Positions 54,393-63,449 of a stretch of DNA of 64,000 nucleotides are shown piece by piece. The notes below the pieces were generated by a model. The model was not told the DNA's origin. It saw only the letters and a list, made by a program, of their open reading frames with translations, and did no database searches. The stretch is from contig CAVZND010000013.1 in NCBI GenBank assembly GCA_963776545.1, forward strand, positions 140,496 to 204,495, read 5' to 3'. This stretch comes from an uncultured Chloroflexia bacterium (GTDB lineage Bacteria > Chloroflexota > Limnocylindria > Limnocylindrales > CSP1-4). The first letter of the stretch is position 1, and the number at the start of each line of letters is the position of its first letter. A program made the translations under genes and the position numbers.

Positions 54393-55616
54393 TCAGTTCG
54401 AGACGACCCGGAACAGCCGACCCGATCCGAGATCGACCGCGTACACGGCGCCATCCTCGGACTGGCCGATCGAGCTGATGCTTCGCGTGCTCTCCAGGAC
54501 CAACGTCGGCTCACGCCGCCCGTCCCCGGTCGGGTCCATCGTCCAGATGTTCCCGGAGCATTCGTCCGCGAACAGGTACCGGCCATCGAGCTTGGCCTGT
54601 GCGGGATCGTGCACCACGACGCCGCCGACCACCGCGCAGCCGAGGTCGTGGCCGTAGGCCGCGAGCGGAAGGGTCAGGCCCGACTGGTCACAGCCCGTCG
54701 CGGGCTTGTAGCAGGCGAAGCCCTCCATGATGTTCCAGCCGAAGTCGAGGCCGCGCTGTCCGCGTCGGACCACATCGATCTCTTCCCAAGCGCCCTGTCC
54801 GACGTCGCCGATCCACAGGTCGCCCGTCGGCTGGTCGAAGCGGATCCGCCACGGATTGCGCAGACCGGTCTGCCAGTTCTCCGGAAAGGCGCCGGCGGTC
54901 CCGACGAACGGGTTGTCCGGCGGGACGTTGTACGCGGGGCCCTCCCCGGCCTGCACGTCGACGTCGATCCGCAGGATCTTGCCCAGATGCGTGTCGAGGC
55001 GCTGGCCGTTGCCCTGCGGGTCGCCACCGGAGCCGCCGTCGCCCATCCCGACGTAGAGCATCCCGTCCGGTCCGAACGCGACCGCGCCGCCGTTGTGGTT
55101 CGGGAACGGCTGGTCGATGTGCATCAGGACGCGTTCGCTCTCGGCGTCGGCGGAATCCGCGTCGAGGGACAGCTCGAACGACGAGATGACGGTGCCGCCC
55201 TCGAGGTCCGTGTAGTCGACGAAGAAGCGCGGATCGTCTGGGAAGTCCGGATGGAGCGCGAGGCCGAGGAGCCCGCGCTCACCGCCCGCCGTCAGTCGTT
55301 CGGCGATGTCGAGGAACGGCGCCTCGACGACGGCGCCGTCCCGCACGACTCGGATCCGACCGCCCTGTTCGACCACGAAGATCCGGCCGGTCCCGTCATC
55401 GGCCGCGACGACATCGACCGGGCGATCGAGGCCTTCGGCCACCAGGTCCAGCCTCGCGATGGGCGGCGTGGCGGATGGCGCGGCCGTCGTGGACGGCGAT
55501 GTCGTCGGCTGGCCGCAGGCGAGCAACCCGATGACCGATCCGGTCAGCAACAGGTGCAGGAATTGGCGCGGATGACCCGGTTCGCGCCTCGCCATGGGCG
55601 GGATGCTACCAAGCAT
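54393..55616 (-). CDS. PQQ-dependent sugar dehydrogenase-like beta-propeller lipoprotein
   Basis: GLLGLALHPDF, NHNGG and GLRNPWR motifs. Lipobox IGLLAC. Start is ATG 55616 or ATG 55595. Confidence 0.8.
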   Translation of the reverse strand: MLGSIPPMARREPGHPRQFLHLLLTGSVIGLLACGQPTTSPSTTAAPSATPPIARLDLVAEGLDRPVDVVAADDGTGRIFVVEQGGRIRVVRDGAVVEAPFLDIAERLTAGGERGLLGLALHPDFPDDPRFFVDYTDLEGGTVISSFELSLDADSADAESERVLMHIDQPFPNHNGGAVAFGPDGMLYVGMGDGGSGGDPQGNGQRLDTHLGKILRIDVDVQAGEGPAYNVPPDNPFVGTAGAFPENWQTGLRNPWRIRFDQPTGDLWIGDVGQGAWEEIDVVRRGQRGLDFGWNIMEGFACYKPATGCDQSGLTLPLAAYGHDLGCAVVGGVVVHDPAQAKLDGRYLFADECSGNIWTMDPTGDGRREPTLVLESTRSISSIGQSEDGAVYAVDLGSGRLFRVVSN

Positions 55617-56790
55617 CCGTGGAACGGACCCTTCGACCGGTCCCGCGGACCGACCGCGCCCTGCTACCCTGCCTGCCGGAGGACTCTTGCTCGACCGATC
55701 GATCTCCGGCGCCGGTGCCCTGACCGACCTCGCCGATCGCGCCGTGCGTCCCTTCGGCCAACGCCGCGGACGGAACTCGTTGGCGACCCGGCCCGGATCG
55801 ATCATCGTGATGGTCCTGCTCGCGATCCTGGCCGTCCTGCTCGTCCTGGCCGGTCTCGAGGTCGCCGACAGCCCGTCACCGCTGGCGTTGTCGGCCGCCG
55901 CCGTCACGACCGAGCCCGGGCTCAGCGATCGGGCCTATGTCACGATCGACGGGGTGGTCTCGCCGGACTACGTCGAGACGTTCTTCGACGCGAACGGTGA
56001 CGGCGCGAAGAACGACGACGAGATGACCGTGGAGTGGTTCTACTTCCTCGTCGATCCAGACTCGTACACCGGCGTGACCGTGCGATCGACGCGCCCGCCC
56101 GAGGCCGTCGTGGGCGACGACACGTACGCCGTCGCCCCGGCGACGATCACGGGCATGCTGCGACGTGACGAGCGCGGGGTGAGCGAGGCAAAGATGTCTC
56201 TTGGCTTTCCCTTCGAGGACTTGGGGCTCGTCGTGAGCGACCGCTACGTCCTCGAGGAGGGCACGGCGCCGACGAACCCGGTCCTCGCCTTCGGGCTGGC
56301 GGCCGTCGTCGGCCTCATCGCCGGGGTCATGCTGGTCGGCCTGTCGGGCGGCTACCTGATCTACCGTCGTTCGGGCCACGGACCGCCGCCGCCGGCGACC
56401 AGCCTCGCGCTCGGCGAGCGCCTGCCGCTTCGGGTCACCGGCCTGCTCCGAACGGCGGAAGGGCTCGTGCACGTCCGCGAAGTCCCGGCCGACCTTGTCC
56501 GCTTCCAGGTGAGCGAGCCGGCGAGCGGCGAGCCGGACTCGACGCTCATCATCGAGCGCCGGGGACGACCCGAAGGCGTTGCCCTGGGTCTCGGGCAGCT
56601 CGTGCGGCTCACGTCAGGCGTCGCGCTGTTGTTCCGAGGCCCTCGCCCCGCCCTGCGCGTGGTGGTCGCGACCGGGCCGCTGGTGCTCTCGTTCGACGAC
56701 GAGAAGCAGCGCGATCGGGCAGCCGCGGAACTACTGGACGAGACCGGTCTCGGTTCGACCGTGGATCCAGATGTGCCGAAGGAGGCCTGA
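55594..56790 (+). CDS. hypothetical two-TM membrane protein
   Basis: TM1 IIVMVLLAILAVLLVLAG, an ~150-aa ectodomain, TM2 and a ~150-aa cytoplasmic tail. The start is uncertain (GTG 55744 is plausible). No family recognised. Confidence 0.45.
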   Translation: MGGMLPSIRGTDPSTGPADRPRPATLPAGGLLLDRSISGAGALTDLADRAVRPFGQRRGRNSLATRPGSIIVMVLLAILAVLLVLAGLEVADSPSPLALSAAAVTTEPGLSDRAYVTIDGVVSPDYVETFFDANGDGAKNDDEMTVEWFYFLVDPDSYTGVTVRSTRPPEAVVGDDTYAVAPATITGMLRRDERGVSEAKMSLGFPFEDLGLVVSDRYVLEEGTAPTNPVLAFGLAAVVGLIAGVMLVGLSGGYLIYRRSGHGPPPPATSLALGERLPLRVTGLLRTAEGLVHVREVPADLVRFQVSEPASGEPDSTLIIERRGRPEGVALGLGQLVRLTSGVALLFRGPRPALRVVVATGPLVLSFDDEKQRDRAAAELLDETGLGSTVDPDVPKEA

Positions 56791-56793
56791 ACC

Positions 56794-57120
56794 ATGGATG
56801 CCTGGGAGCTCGCGGAGGTCGAGGCGACGCGGGTCGCGGCCGGTCGCCTGTACGAGGAGTTCCTCCGCGTCCCGGACCTGTCGGCGGGCCTGTACGTCCT
56901 CGAGGCCGGTGCCCTCGACCCCCAATCCCCGCATACCGAGGACGAGCTCTACTACGTCGTCCGGGGTCGGGGCCGGGTCACGGTCGGCGACGAGGTCCGC
57001 GAGGTGCGCGCCGGGTCCCTGGTCTTCGTCGCCGCCCGCGTTCCGCACCGATTCCACGACATCGTCGAACGCCTCGAGATCGTCGTGGTGTTCGGGCCGG
57101 CGGAGGATGACCGCGGCTGA
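56794..57120 (+). CDS. cupin domain protein
   Basis: 108-aa protein with the pattern HTEDELYYVVRGRGRVTVGDE...GSLVFVAARVPHRF. Confidence 0.7.
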   Translation: MDAWELAEVEATRVAAGRLYEEFLRVPDLSAGLYVLEAGALDPQSPHTEDELYYVVRGRGRVTVGDEVREVRAGSLVFVAARVPHRFHDIVERLEIVVVFGPAEDDRG

Positions 57121-57147
57121 GCGCGGCTGACCGGGCCGCGGCCAGGG

Positions 57148-57867
57148 TCAGCTCGCCGGAACGCCCGACGCGGCCACGGCCTCGATCAGCTCCCTGGCCA
57201 GTTCCGGCCCCCGGCCGACCGGGTCGTGCCGGAAGAAGACATAGGCGTCCATCCCGGACGCCAGGAACGGCTCGAGGCGCGCCGCCCATTCGGCCAGCTC
57301 ATCGGGCGTGTAGTCATGGCGGCGCAGACGCAGGTACAGGAACGGGCCGGTCCGTCGCAGCGTCGGCGGTACCGGGTCGTCGGGCAGGTCCGTGGCGACC
57401 AGGGCGGCCCCGGCGTCGGCGAGCGCTCCGAACGTCTCGTCCACCAGCCAGGCCGGGTCCTGGCATTCGACCGCCAGCGGCAGGTCGCGCGGCCACGTCG
57501 CGAGGAACGCCGCCAGCCGTTCGTCGTTGCGCTTCACGCCGGTCGGGACCCGGAACAGCACGCAGCCGAGCTTCGCCCCGAACGCCCGGTATGGACCAGT
57601 CAGCCACGGCACGCTCGTCGCCGGATCCGCGAGCGAGCGTGCCGACCCGCCGCGCTGCGCCTTGACCGTGAACCGGAACGCGGCGGGCGTGGCCGCGAGC
57701 CACGCCGCCACCTTGGCGGGCGACGGCTGCTGGTAGTACGTGTTGTTGAGCTCGACCGTGTCGAGGCGCCCGGCATAATGGGCGAGGAGGTGGTCGGCGG
57801 CCAGCCCGGACGGGTAGAAACGGGGCGACCAGCCGGGGTAGGCGAAGCCGCTTGTCCCGGCATACAA
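57148..57867 (-). CDS. DUF72 domain protein
   Basis: N-terminus YAGTSGFAYPGWSPRFYP and VELNNTYY, typical of DUF72. Confidence 0.85.
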   Translation of the reverse strand: MYAGTSGFAYPGWSPRFYPSGLAADHLLAHYAGRLDTVELNNTYYQQPSPAKVAAWLAATPAAFRFTVKAQRGGSARSLADPATSVPWLTGPYRAFGAKLGCVLFRVPTGVKRNDERLAAFLATWPRDLPLAVECQDPAWLVDETFGALADAGAALVATDLPDDPVPPTLRRTGPFLYLRLRRHDYTPDELAEWAARLEPFLASGMDAYVFFRHDPVGRGPELARELIEAVAASGVPAS

Positions 57868-57887
57868 CCGGCCGGCGGCCTGACCCG

Positions 57888-58418
57888 TCAGGCCTCGCGC
57901 CCCTGGTTGCCGTCTTCGGCGAGATCCCGGTTCGTCTCGTCGGGTTCGGCCCCCGCCCGGATCGCGACCGTCTGCATCGCCCGTCCGACTTCGGCCAGCT
58001 GACCGGCGTCGAGGACGTCGAGGAAATGATCAGCGATGCCGCGCAGGTGCGTGCTCGAGGCGGCCCGCAGGCGGTCCAGGCCGGCGTCGGTCAGGACGGC
58101 TTCGGCGCCCCTCGCGTCGGTCATGCACGTGTCGCGCTCGACGAGGCCGTCCGCGACCAGCCGGTCGATGAGCCGAGTCACCCCGCTCTTGCTGAGCAGC
58201 ACCTGGTCGGCGAGCCGGCGCATCCGGATCCGTCGCCCCGGCGCGGTCGCGATCGTCAGGAGGGCGTCGTACTCCGCGAACGAGAGGTCGTGCTCGGCTC
58301 GCAGCTCCTCGTCGAGGCGGCGGGAGACTCGCGCGTGCGCGACGAGGAACGCTCGCCATGGGGCGAGGCGCGGGTCGTGCGCCGTCAGGGGTCGTGCTGG
58401 TGCTCGGGAGACAGCCAT
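57888..58418 (-). CDS. MarR family transcriptional regulator
   Basis: Winged-HTH pattern (LSFAEYDALLTI ... LADQVLLSKSGVTRLIDRLVADGLVER). Confidence 0.85.
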   Translation of the reverse strand: MAVSRAPARPLTAHDPRLAPWRAFLVAHARVSRRLDEELRAEHDLSFAEYDALLTIATAPGRRIRMRRLADQVLLSKSGVTRLIDRLVADGLVERDTCMTDARGAEAVLTDAGLDRLRAASSTHLRGIADHFLDVLDAGQLAEVGRAMQTVAIRAGAEPDETNRDLAEDGNQGREA

Positions 58419-58429
58419 GGTGCGCCCCG

Positions 58430-58435
58430 ATGCTA
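58430..58435 (-). promoter_or_regulatory. -10-like TAGCAT 11 nt upstream of the MarR ATG
   Basis: The minus strand reads GCTGTAGCATCGGGGCGCACCATG, with no SD. Confidence 0.3.
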
Positions 58436-58496
58436 CAGCACTGGCGGCGCCGGGCAGTCCCGGTGTCCGGGATCGTGGCTCGCGCCAGACGGCCGG

Positions 58497-59667
58497 TCAG
58501 GCCAGGACGCGGTAGACCGTACCGCCGAGCGAGACCATGTACAACTCGCCGTCGTCGCCCTCGCCGAACGAGCTGATGTTCTGGGCCGTGTCGCGCAGCA
58601 GCGTCTTCGATGCCGGGGTCTTGGCGCCGCGCGGGATCGACCAGATCTCACCCGAGCAGAAGTCCGCGAAGATGTACTGGCCCACGAGCGGCGCCGAGGA
58701 TCCGCGGTAGACGTAGCCGCCGGTCACCGAGCAGCGTCCGCCGCCGTGGCCGTACTCGACGACCGGTCGAACCTTGCCGCTCTTGCTGCAGCCGCTCGAC
58801 GGCCGGTAGCATTTCGAGCCTTCCATGACGCGCCAGCCGAAATTAGAGCCGCGAGCGGCCGGGCCGCCCGTCGAGGTGACCTGCTTGCGGTTGATCTCCT
58901 CCCACTTGTTCTGGCCGACGTCGCCGATCCAGAGATCGCCGCGCGTCCGGTCGAAAGAGAACCTCCACGGGTTGCGCAGGCCGTACGACCAGATCTCGTT
59001 GCGGCCGGCCTTGCCGACGAACGGGTTCGAGCCGGGGTTCCGGTACTGGCGCGCACCCTTCGTCCCGTTGATATTGATCCGCAGGATCTTGCCGAGCAGG
59101 CGGTTCTTGTTCTGGGCATTGTTCGCCGCATCGCCGCTCCCACCGCCGTCGCCAGTGCCGATGTACAGGTAGTTGTCTGGTCCGAAGGCGAGCATGCCGC
59201 CGTTGTGGTTGCTATGCGCGCTGTGCTCGATCGTCAGGATCCGACGGCGGCTGCCCATGTCGGTGCGATTGGGGTTCGTCGTCGAGGCCTTGTACTCGTT
59301 GATCGCGATGTCGCCGCCCCTGCGCGTGAAGTAGACGTAGTACTTGCGGTTGGTCTCGTAGTTCGGGTGGAACGCGAGGCCCAGCAGGCCGCGCTCCCCG
59401 CCCTTCGAGATCTTGGTGCTGATGTCGAGGAACGTCCCGAGGGAGGCACCTGCCTGGGTGTAGGCCTTGATCCGCCCGCCCTGTTCGACGACGAAGAGTC
59501 GGTTCGTACCGTCTCGCGCGCCGGTCACGTAGAGAGGGCTCGACAGACCCGTGATGACCACTGGCAAGCTGAGTGCGCTCGCTGGCGCGGGAGGCACGAT
59601 GAGGGCAAGCGCGGCCACCAGCGCAAAGGCTGCGCCATGGCTTCGTCGACGAAGGTTCAGCGCCAAC
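58497..59667 (-). CDS. PQQ-dependent sugar dehydrogenase-like beta-propeller protein (second paralog), secreted
   Basis: GLLGLAFHPNY, NHNGG and GLRNPWR motifs. A TTG 59667 start gives the signal peptide ALNLRRRSHGAAFALVAALALIVPPAPASA. The tracked ATG 59729 would overlap the upstream small ORF. Confidence 0.8.
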
Positions 59668-59872
59668 TCTCCGGGTCGAGGAGGAAGAAGGTCGTCTGGC
59701 TGAGGTTCTCGGTCAGGGAGCTCCACCACTCGGCGATCCGATCGTCGAACGAGCGACCGACGAGCTCCTCGGCGACCGGGCGATCATCGGCTGCGACGAC
59801 CGCCGTGAACGCGAGCGGATAGGCGTCGCCCGCGCTCGAACGGTGGGGGTGTGCTTCGCGGATCTGGGCCAT
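59657..59872 (-). CDS. 71-aa hypothetical protein
   Basis: ATG 59872 gives MAQIREAHPHRSS...TFFLLDPESWR. Third positions are mostly G/C. The upstream part of tracked ORF 59657..60250 overlaps the divergent gene and is Arg-rich. No family recognised. Confidence 0.35.
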   Translation of the reverse strand: MAQIREAHPHRSSAGDAYPLAFTAVVAADDRPVAEELVGRSFDDRIAEWWSSLTENLSQTTFFLLDPESWR

Positions 59873-60017
59873 CGCCGCATAGCCTGACACGCCCACAGAG
59901 TAACCGGTCGCGGCAGGTGTCTGCCATCGTTCTGGCGTAGGGCGTCCCTGGCCGCCGTGTCGTGGCCCGTCCCACCGCCGCGTCGGGGGCCGCCGTTCGA
60001 GGTCGCGACGCGGCCGG

Positions 60018-60023
60018 TATCCT
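60018..60023 (+). promoter_or_regulatory. -10-like TATCCT 6 nt upstream of the amidinotransferase ATG (leaderless-type)
   Basis: The sequence reads GGCCGGTATCCTCCTCCCATG, with no SD. Confidence 0.3.
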
Positions 60024-60029
60024 CCTCCC

Positions 60030-60896
60030 ATGGCCGTGACCGCCCGCCGATACGGCGCCCAGAGCATGTCCGCCCCGCTGCTCGACGTCCTCGTCAAGCG
60101 ACCGGGGCCGGCATTCGGGGCCGCCTTCGAGCGGCCGGAGCACGGCTTCCTGCACCCGGTCGATCTCGACGTCGCGCGGCGCGAGCACGACGCGTTCACC
60201 GACACCCTCGCCCGCCTGGGCACGACGGTCCATGTCCTCGACGTCGACACGGAGAGCCCGGACCTCGTCTACACCTTCGACCCGCTGCTGGTCACGGACC
60301 GTGGCGCCATCCCGCTCCGGCCGGGGAAGGCGAATCGACAAGGCGAACCGGCCACGCTCGAGGCCTGGACCTCGGCGGCCGGCATCCCGACGTTCGGACG
60401 GATCGAGGCGCCCGGCACGGTCGAGGGCGGGGACACCTTGTGGCTTCGACCGGACCTGTTCTGCATCGGACGAACGCTGCGCACGAATGACGACGGGGCG
60501 AGACAGCTGGCCGACCTGGTCGGTGGCGACGTGCGGATCTTCGACCTCCCGTACTGGCATGGCTCCGCCGAGCTCGTCCACCTCATGTCCGTCATCTCGC
60601 CGATCGCCGACGACCTTGCCGTGGTGTACCTGCCGCTCCTGCCCGTCGGGTTGTGGGCACTGCTCGCGGAACTCGGCATCCGCCTGATCGAGGTGCCGGA
60701 CGAGGAGTTCCCGACCCTCGGCTGCAACGTGCTGGCCGTGCGGCCGGGCGTCGTCATCGCGGCCGAAGGCAATCCCCGCGTCCGCGCCGCCCTGACGGCC
60801 GCCGGCTGCGAGGTCCACACATATCCGGCGACGGAGATCGGGGTCAACGGCTCCGGCGGCCCTACTTGCATGACGCGTCCGATCCTCCGTGGTTGA
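60030..60896 (+). CDS. amidinotransferase-fold enzyme (dimethylarginine dimethylaminohydrolase / arginine deiminase-like)
   Basis: Guanidino-group-modifying fold pattern (VEGGDTLW, HLMSVISP) and a C-terminal catalytic Cys context GSGGPTCMTRP. Confidence 0.75.
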   Translation: MAVTARRYGAQSMSAPLLDVLVKRPGPAFGAAFERPEHGFLHPVDLDVARREHDAFTDTLARLGTTVHVLDVDTESPDLVYTFDPLLVTDRGAIPLRPGKANRQGEPATLEAWTSAAGIPTFGRIEAPGTVEGGDTLWLRPDLFCIGRTLRTNDDGARQLADLVGGDVRIFDLPYWHGSAELVHLMSVISPIADDLAVVYLPLLPVGLWALLAELGIRLIEVPDEEFPTLGCNVLAVRPGVVIAAEGNPRVRAALTAAGCEVHTYPATEIGVNGSGGPTCMTRPILRG

Positions 60897-62148
60897 GCGG
60901 GCGGTCGTCGCGCCCGTCATCGACGAGGCGCACCTCATCCAGGACCTGCGGTCGCTGGTGACCATCCCGAGCATCACCGGCTCCGAGGAGGCGGTCGCGG
61001 CGTGGGCGGCGGACGCGCTTCGAGAACTCGGCCTTGCCGTGGAGGTCGTGACCCCCGACCCGGCCACGGTCCGTGACGACCCGGACTGGCCAGGCGAGGA
61101 GATGCCGCGGAGCTCGCTGCCGGTCGTGATCGGTCGCGCGGGCCGGGCCCGCGGACGCCGGATCATCCTGTCGGGACACCTCGACGTCGTGCCGCCAGGC
61201 GATCTCGCCACCTGGACGGCCGATCCGTGGGGCGGCGAGATCCGCGACGGCGCCCTGTACGGCCGAGGAGCCTGCGACATGAAGGGTGGGGTAGCGGCGA
61301 TCCTGGCCGCGGTTCGCTCGCTGGGCGCCGCCGGCGACCTCGATCGGCTGGACGGGGAGCTGATCGTGGCCCTCGTGCCCTCCGAGGAGGACGGCGGACA
61401 GGGGACGCTCGCCGCGATCCGTGCCGGCGTCATCGGCGACCTGGCGATCATCCCGGAGCCGTCGAACCTCGGCATCGTCGTCGCCCACGCGGGCGCCATC
61501 ACGTTCCGGTTGACCGTCCCGGGCCGGGCGGCGCACGCGTCGCAGCGGCGCGAGGGCGTTTCCGCGCTCGACAAGCTGTGGGTGCTCTCGAAGGCGCTCG
61601 AGGCCGACGAGGCGCGCCGCAACGCCGCCGAGACCGACCCGCTGATGACCGTGCTCGGCCTGCCGTACCCGACGATCATCGGGATCGTGTCGGGCGGCGA
61701 CTGGGCGTCGACCGTGCTCGACCGGGTCACCGCCGACGGTCGCTACGGCGTCCGGCTGGGTCAGTCGGCGGCCGATGCCGAAGCGGACCTGCGGGCGGCG
61801 ATCGCGGCCGCCTGTGCCACGGACGACTTCCTGCGCGACCACCCCGCGACAGTCGAGATCACGGGCGGCCGATTCGGATCGGCGCGCGTGCCCTCGGATC
61901 ACCCGCTCCCGGTCGGTCTCGCCGATGTCGCCGAGCGCGTCACCGGTCGTCGTCCGGACCTGCTCGGCGAGCCGTACGGCGCCGATATGCAGATGTTCGT
62001 GAACGTCGGCGGGACGCCGTGCGTCATCTTCGGCCCGGGTGACGTCAAGGTCGCCCACAGCGCCGACGAGTACGTCCCGCTCGACGAGGTCGAGACGTGC
62101 GCCCGAGTCCTCGCCGCGTGGGTGGAACGGGAGCTGACCGGCGTCTGA
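60889..62148 (+). CDS. ArgE/DapE-family M20 metallo-deacylase
   Basis: GHLDVVPPG, RGACDMKGG and SEEDGG motifs. GTG start overlaps the preceding stop by 8 nt. Confidence 0.8.
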   Translation: MVERAVVAPVIDEAHLIQDLRSLVTIPSITGSEEAVAAWAADALRELGLAVEVVTPDPATVRDDPDWPGEEMPRSSLPVVIGRAGRARGRRIILSGHLDVVPPGDLATWTADPWGGEIRDGALYGRGACDMKGGVAAILAAVRSLGAAGDLDRLDGELIVALVPSEEDGGQGTLAAIRAGVIGDLAIIPEPSNLGIVVAHAGAITFRLTVPGRAAHASQRREGVSALDKLWVLSKALEADEARRNAAETDPLMTVLGLPYPTIIGIVSGGDWASTVLDRVTADGRYGVRLGQSAADAEADLRAAIAAACATDDFLRDHPATVEITGGRFGSARVPSDHPLPVGLADVAERVTGRRPDLLGEPYGADMQMFVNVGGTPCVIFGPGDVKVAHSADEYVPLDEVETCARVLAAWVERELTGV

Positions 62149-62163
62149 CGGCTGGACTCGGCG

Positions 62164-63423
62164 CTACGAACCCGAGGACTGAGCGACGTTCCGCCGCGCC
62201 AGGGTGAGGGTGACCGGGACGATGATCATCGCCGCCCCGATCAGGCCGAGGATGGCGAAGCCGGCCGCGGCCATGATCACCCCGGAACCGATGCTGGCCG
62301 CCGCGGCCGAGCTCCAGATGAGGGCGTCGGTCAGGCCCTGGAGCCGCGTCCGCTCGCCGAGGGACAAGCCGGTCGTCAGCAACGCTGAGCCCGCCACGTA
62401 CCCGAGGTTCCACCCATAGCCGAGCAGGAACAGGGCCAGGAACAGCAGGACGCCCCCATCGGGTGGCGCGGCGGCGGCGAGGACCGACGACCCGGCGATC
62501 ACGACGAGCCCGGTCAGGATGACCGGCACGCTCCCGAAGCGATCCGTCAGGCGTCCCGACAGCGGCGACAGCCCGAACATCCCGAACGTGTGGCCACTGA
62601 TGACCAGGCCGACCGCGCCGAGGGTGTGCCCGTGCTCGGTCATGTGCAGCGGAGTCATCGTCATGATCAGGACCATGACCACCTGGCCGGTGACGAGCGC
62701 CACGATCGCGACCGGCACGTTCGGTCGCCGGAAGACCGAGGCGAGCGACACGCCGATCGAGGCGTCATGGCTCGGACCGGGAAGGGAGGCTTCGTCCGCG
62801 AGTTCGTACGGATCGGGCCGCAGCATCACGAACGAGAGGATCGCCGCCGCCCCGACGAAGAGGATCGGCACGAAATACGGCCCGGCGAGCTCGGGCAGCC
62901 CGAGGTTGGTCGCCACGACCCCGGCCGTGGCGACCAGGTTGGGCCCGACGATCGCGCCAACGGTCGCGCCCCAGACGACCAGCCCGATCGCGGTCGCTCG
63001 CCGATGTTCCGGGTACATGTCGGCGGCCGCGTACCGCGACAGCTGGTTCGACGAGTTCCCGAAGCCGATGAAGAACATGCCGACGAGGAGCATCGGCAGC
63101 GATGACGACAGCACGGCGGCCGTCGCCACCACCGCCCCGCCGACCCCGATGGCGTAGCCGGCCGCCAGCCCGTCCCGTCGGCCCCGACGGACCATCAGCG
63201 CCGACAGGGCGACCGCCCCCGCCGCCGCGCCGAGGACGACCGCGGCCGCGGTCACGCCGCTCCAAACCGCGGTGCCGCCCAGGTGCTGGGCGACGATCGC
63301 GGCGACCGTGACGGCGGCGATGTGCCCGGTGCTGCCGAGGGCGACGCCGCCGACGAGCGACCACGTCGAGCGCCGCCGTGCGGCCTCAAGGTCCGTACCA
63401 GTGAGCGCGATCGTGTCGGCCAT
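62164..63423 (-). CDS. MFS transporter
   Basis: ATG 63423. About 12 TM segments with MFS loop motifs (MVRRGRRDG, GRLTDRFG). Confidence 0.85.
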   Translation of the reverse strand: MADTIALTGTDLEAARRRSTWSLVGGVALGSTGHIAAVTVAAIVAQHLGGTAVWSGVTAAAVVLGAAAGAVALSALMVRRGRRDGLAAGYAIGVGGAVVATAAVLSSSLPMLLVGMFFIGFGNSSNQLSRYAAADMYPEHRRATAIGLVVWGATVGAIVGPNLVATAGVVATNLGLPELAGPYFVPILFVGAAAILSFVMLRPDPYELADEASLPGPSHDASIGVSLASVFRRPNVPVAIVALVTGQVVMVLIMTMTPLHMTEHGHTLGAVGLVISGHTFGMFGLSPLSGRLTDRFGSVPVILTGLVVIAGSSVLAAAAPPDGGVLLFLALFLLGYGWNLGYVAGSALLTTGLSLGERTRLQGLTDALIWSSAAAASIGSGVIMAAAGFAILGLIGAAMIIVPVTLTLARRNVAQSSGS

Positions 63424-63449
63424 CGGACCGCGATGACAGGGCGCCAAAG

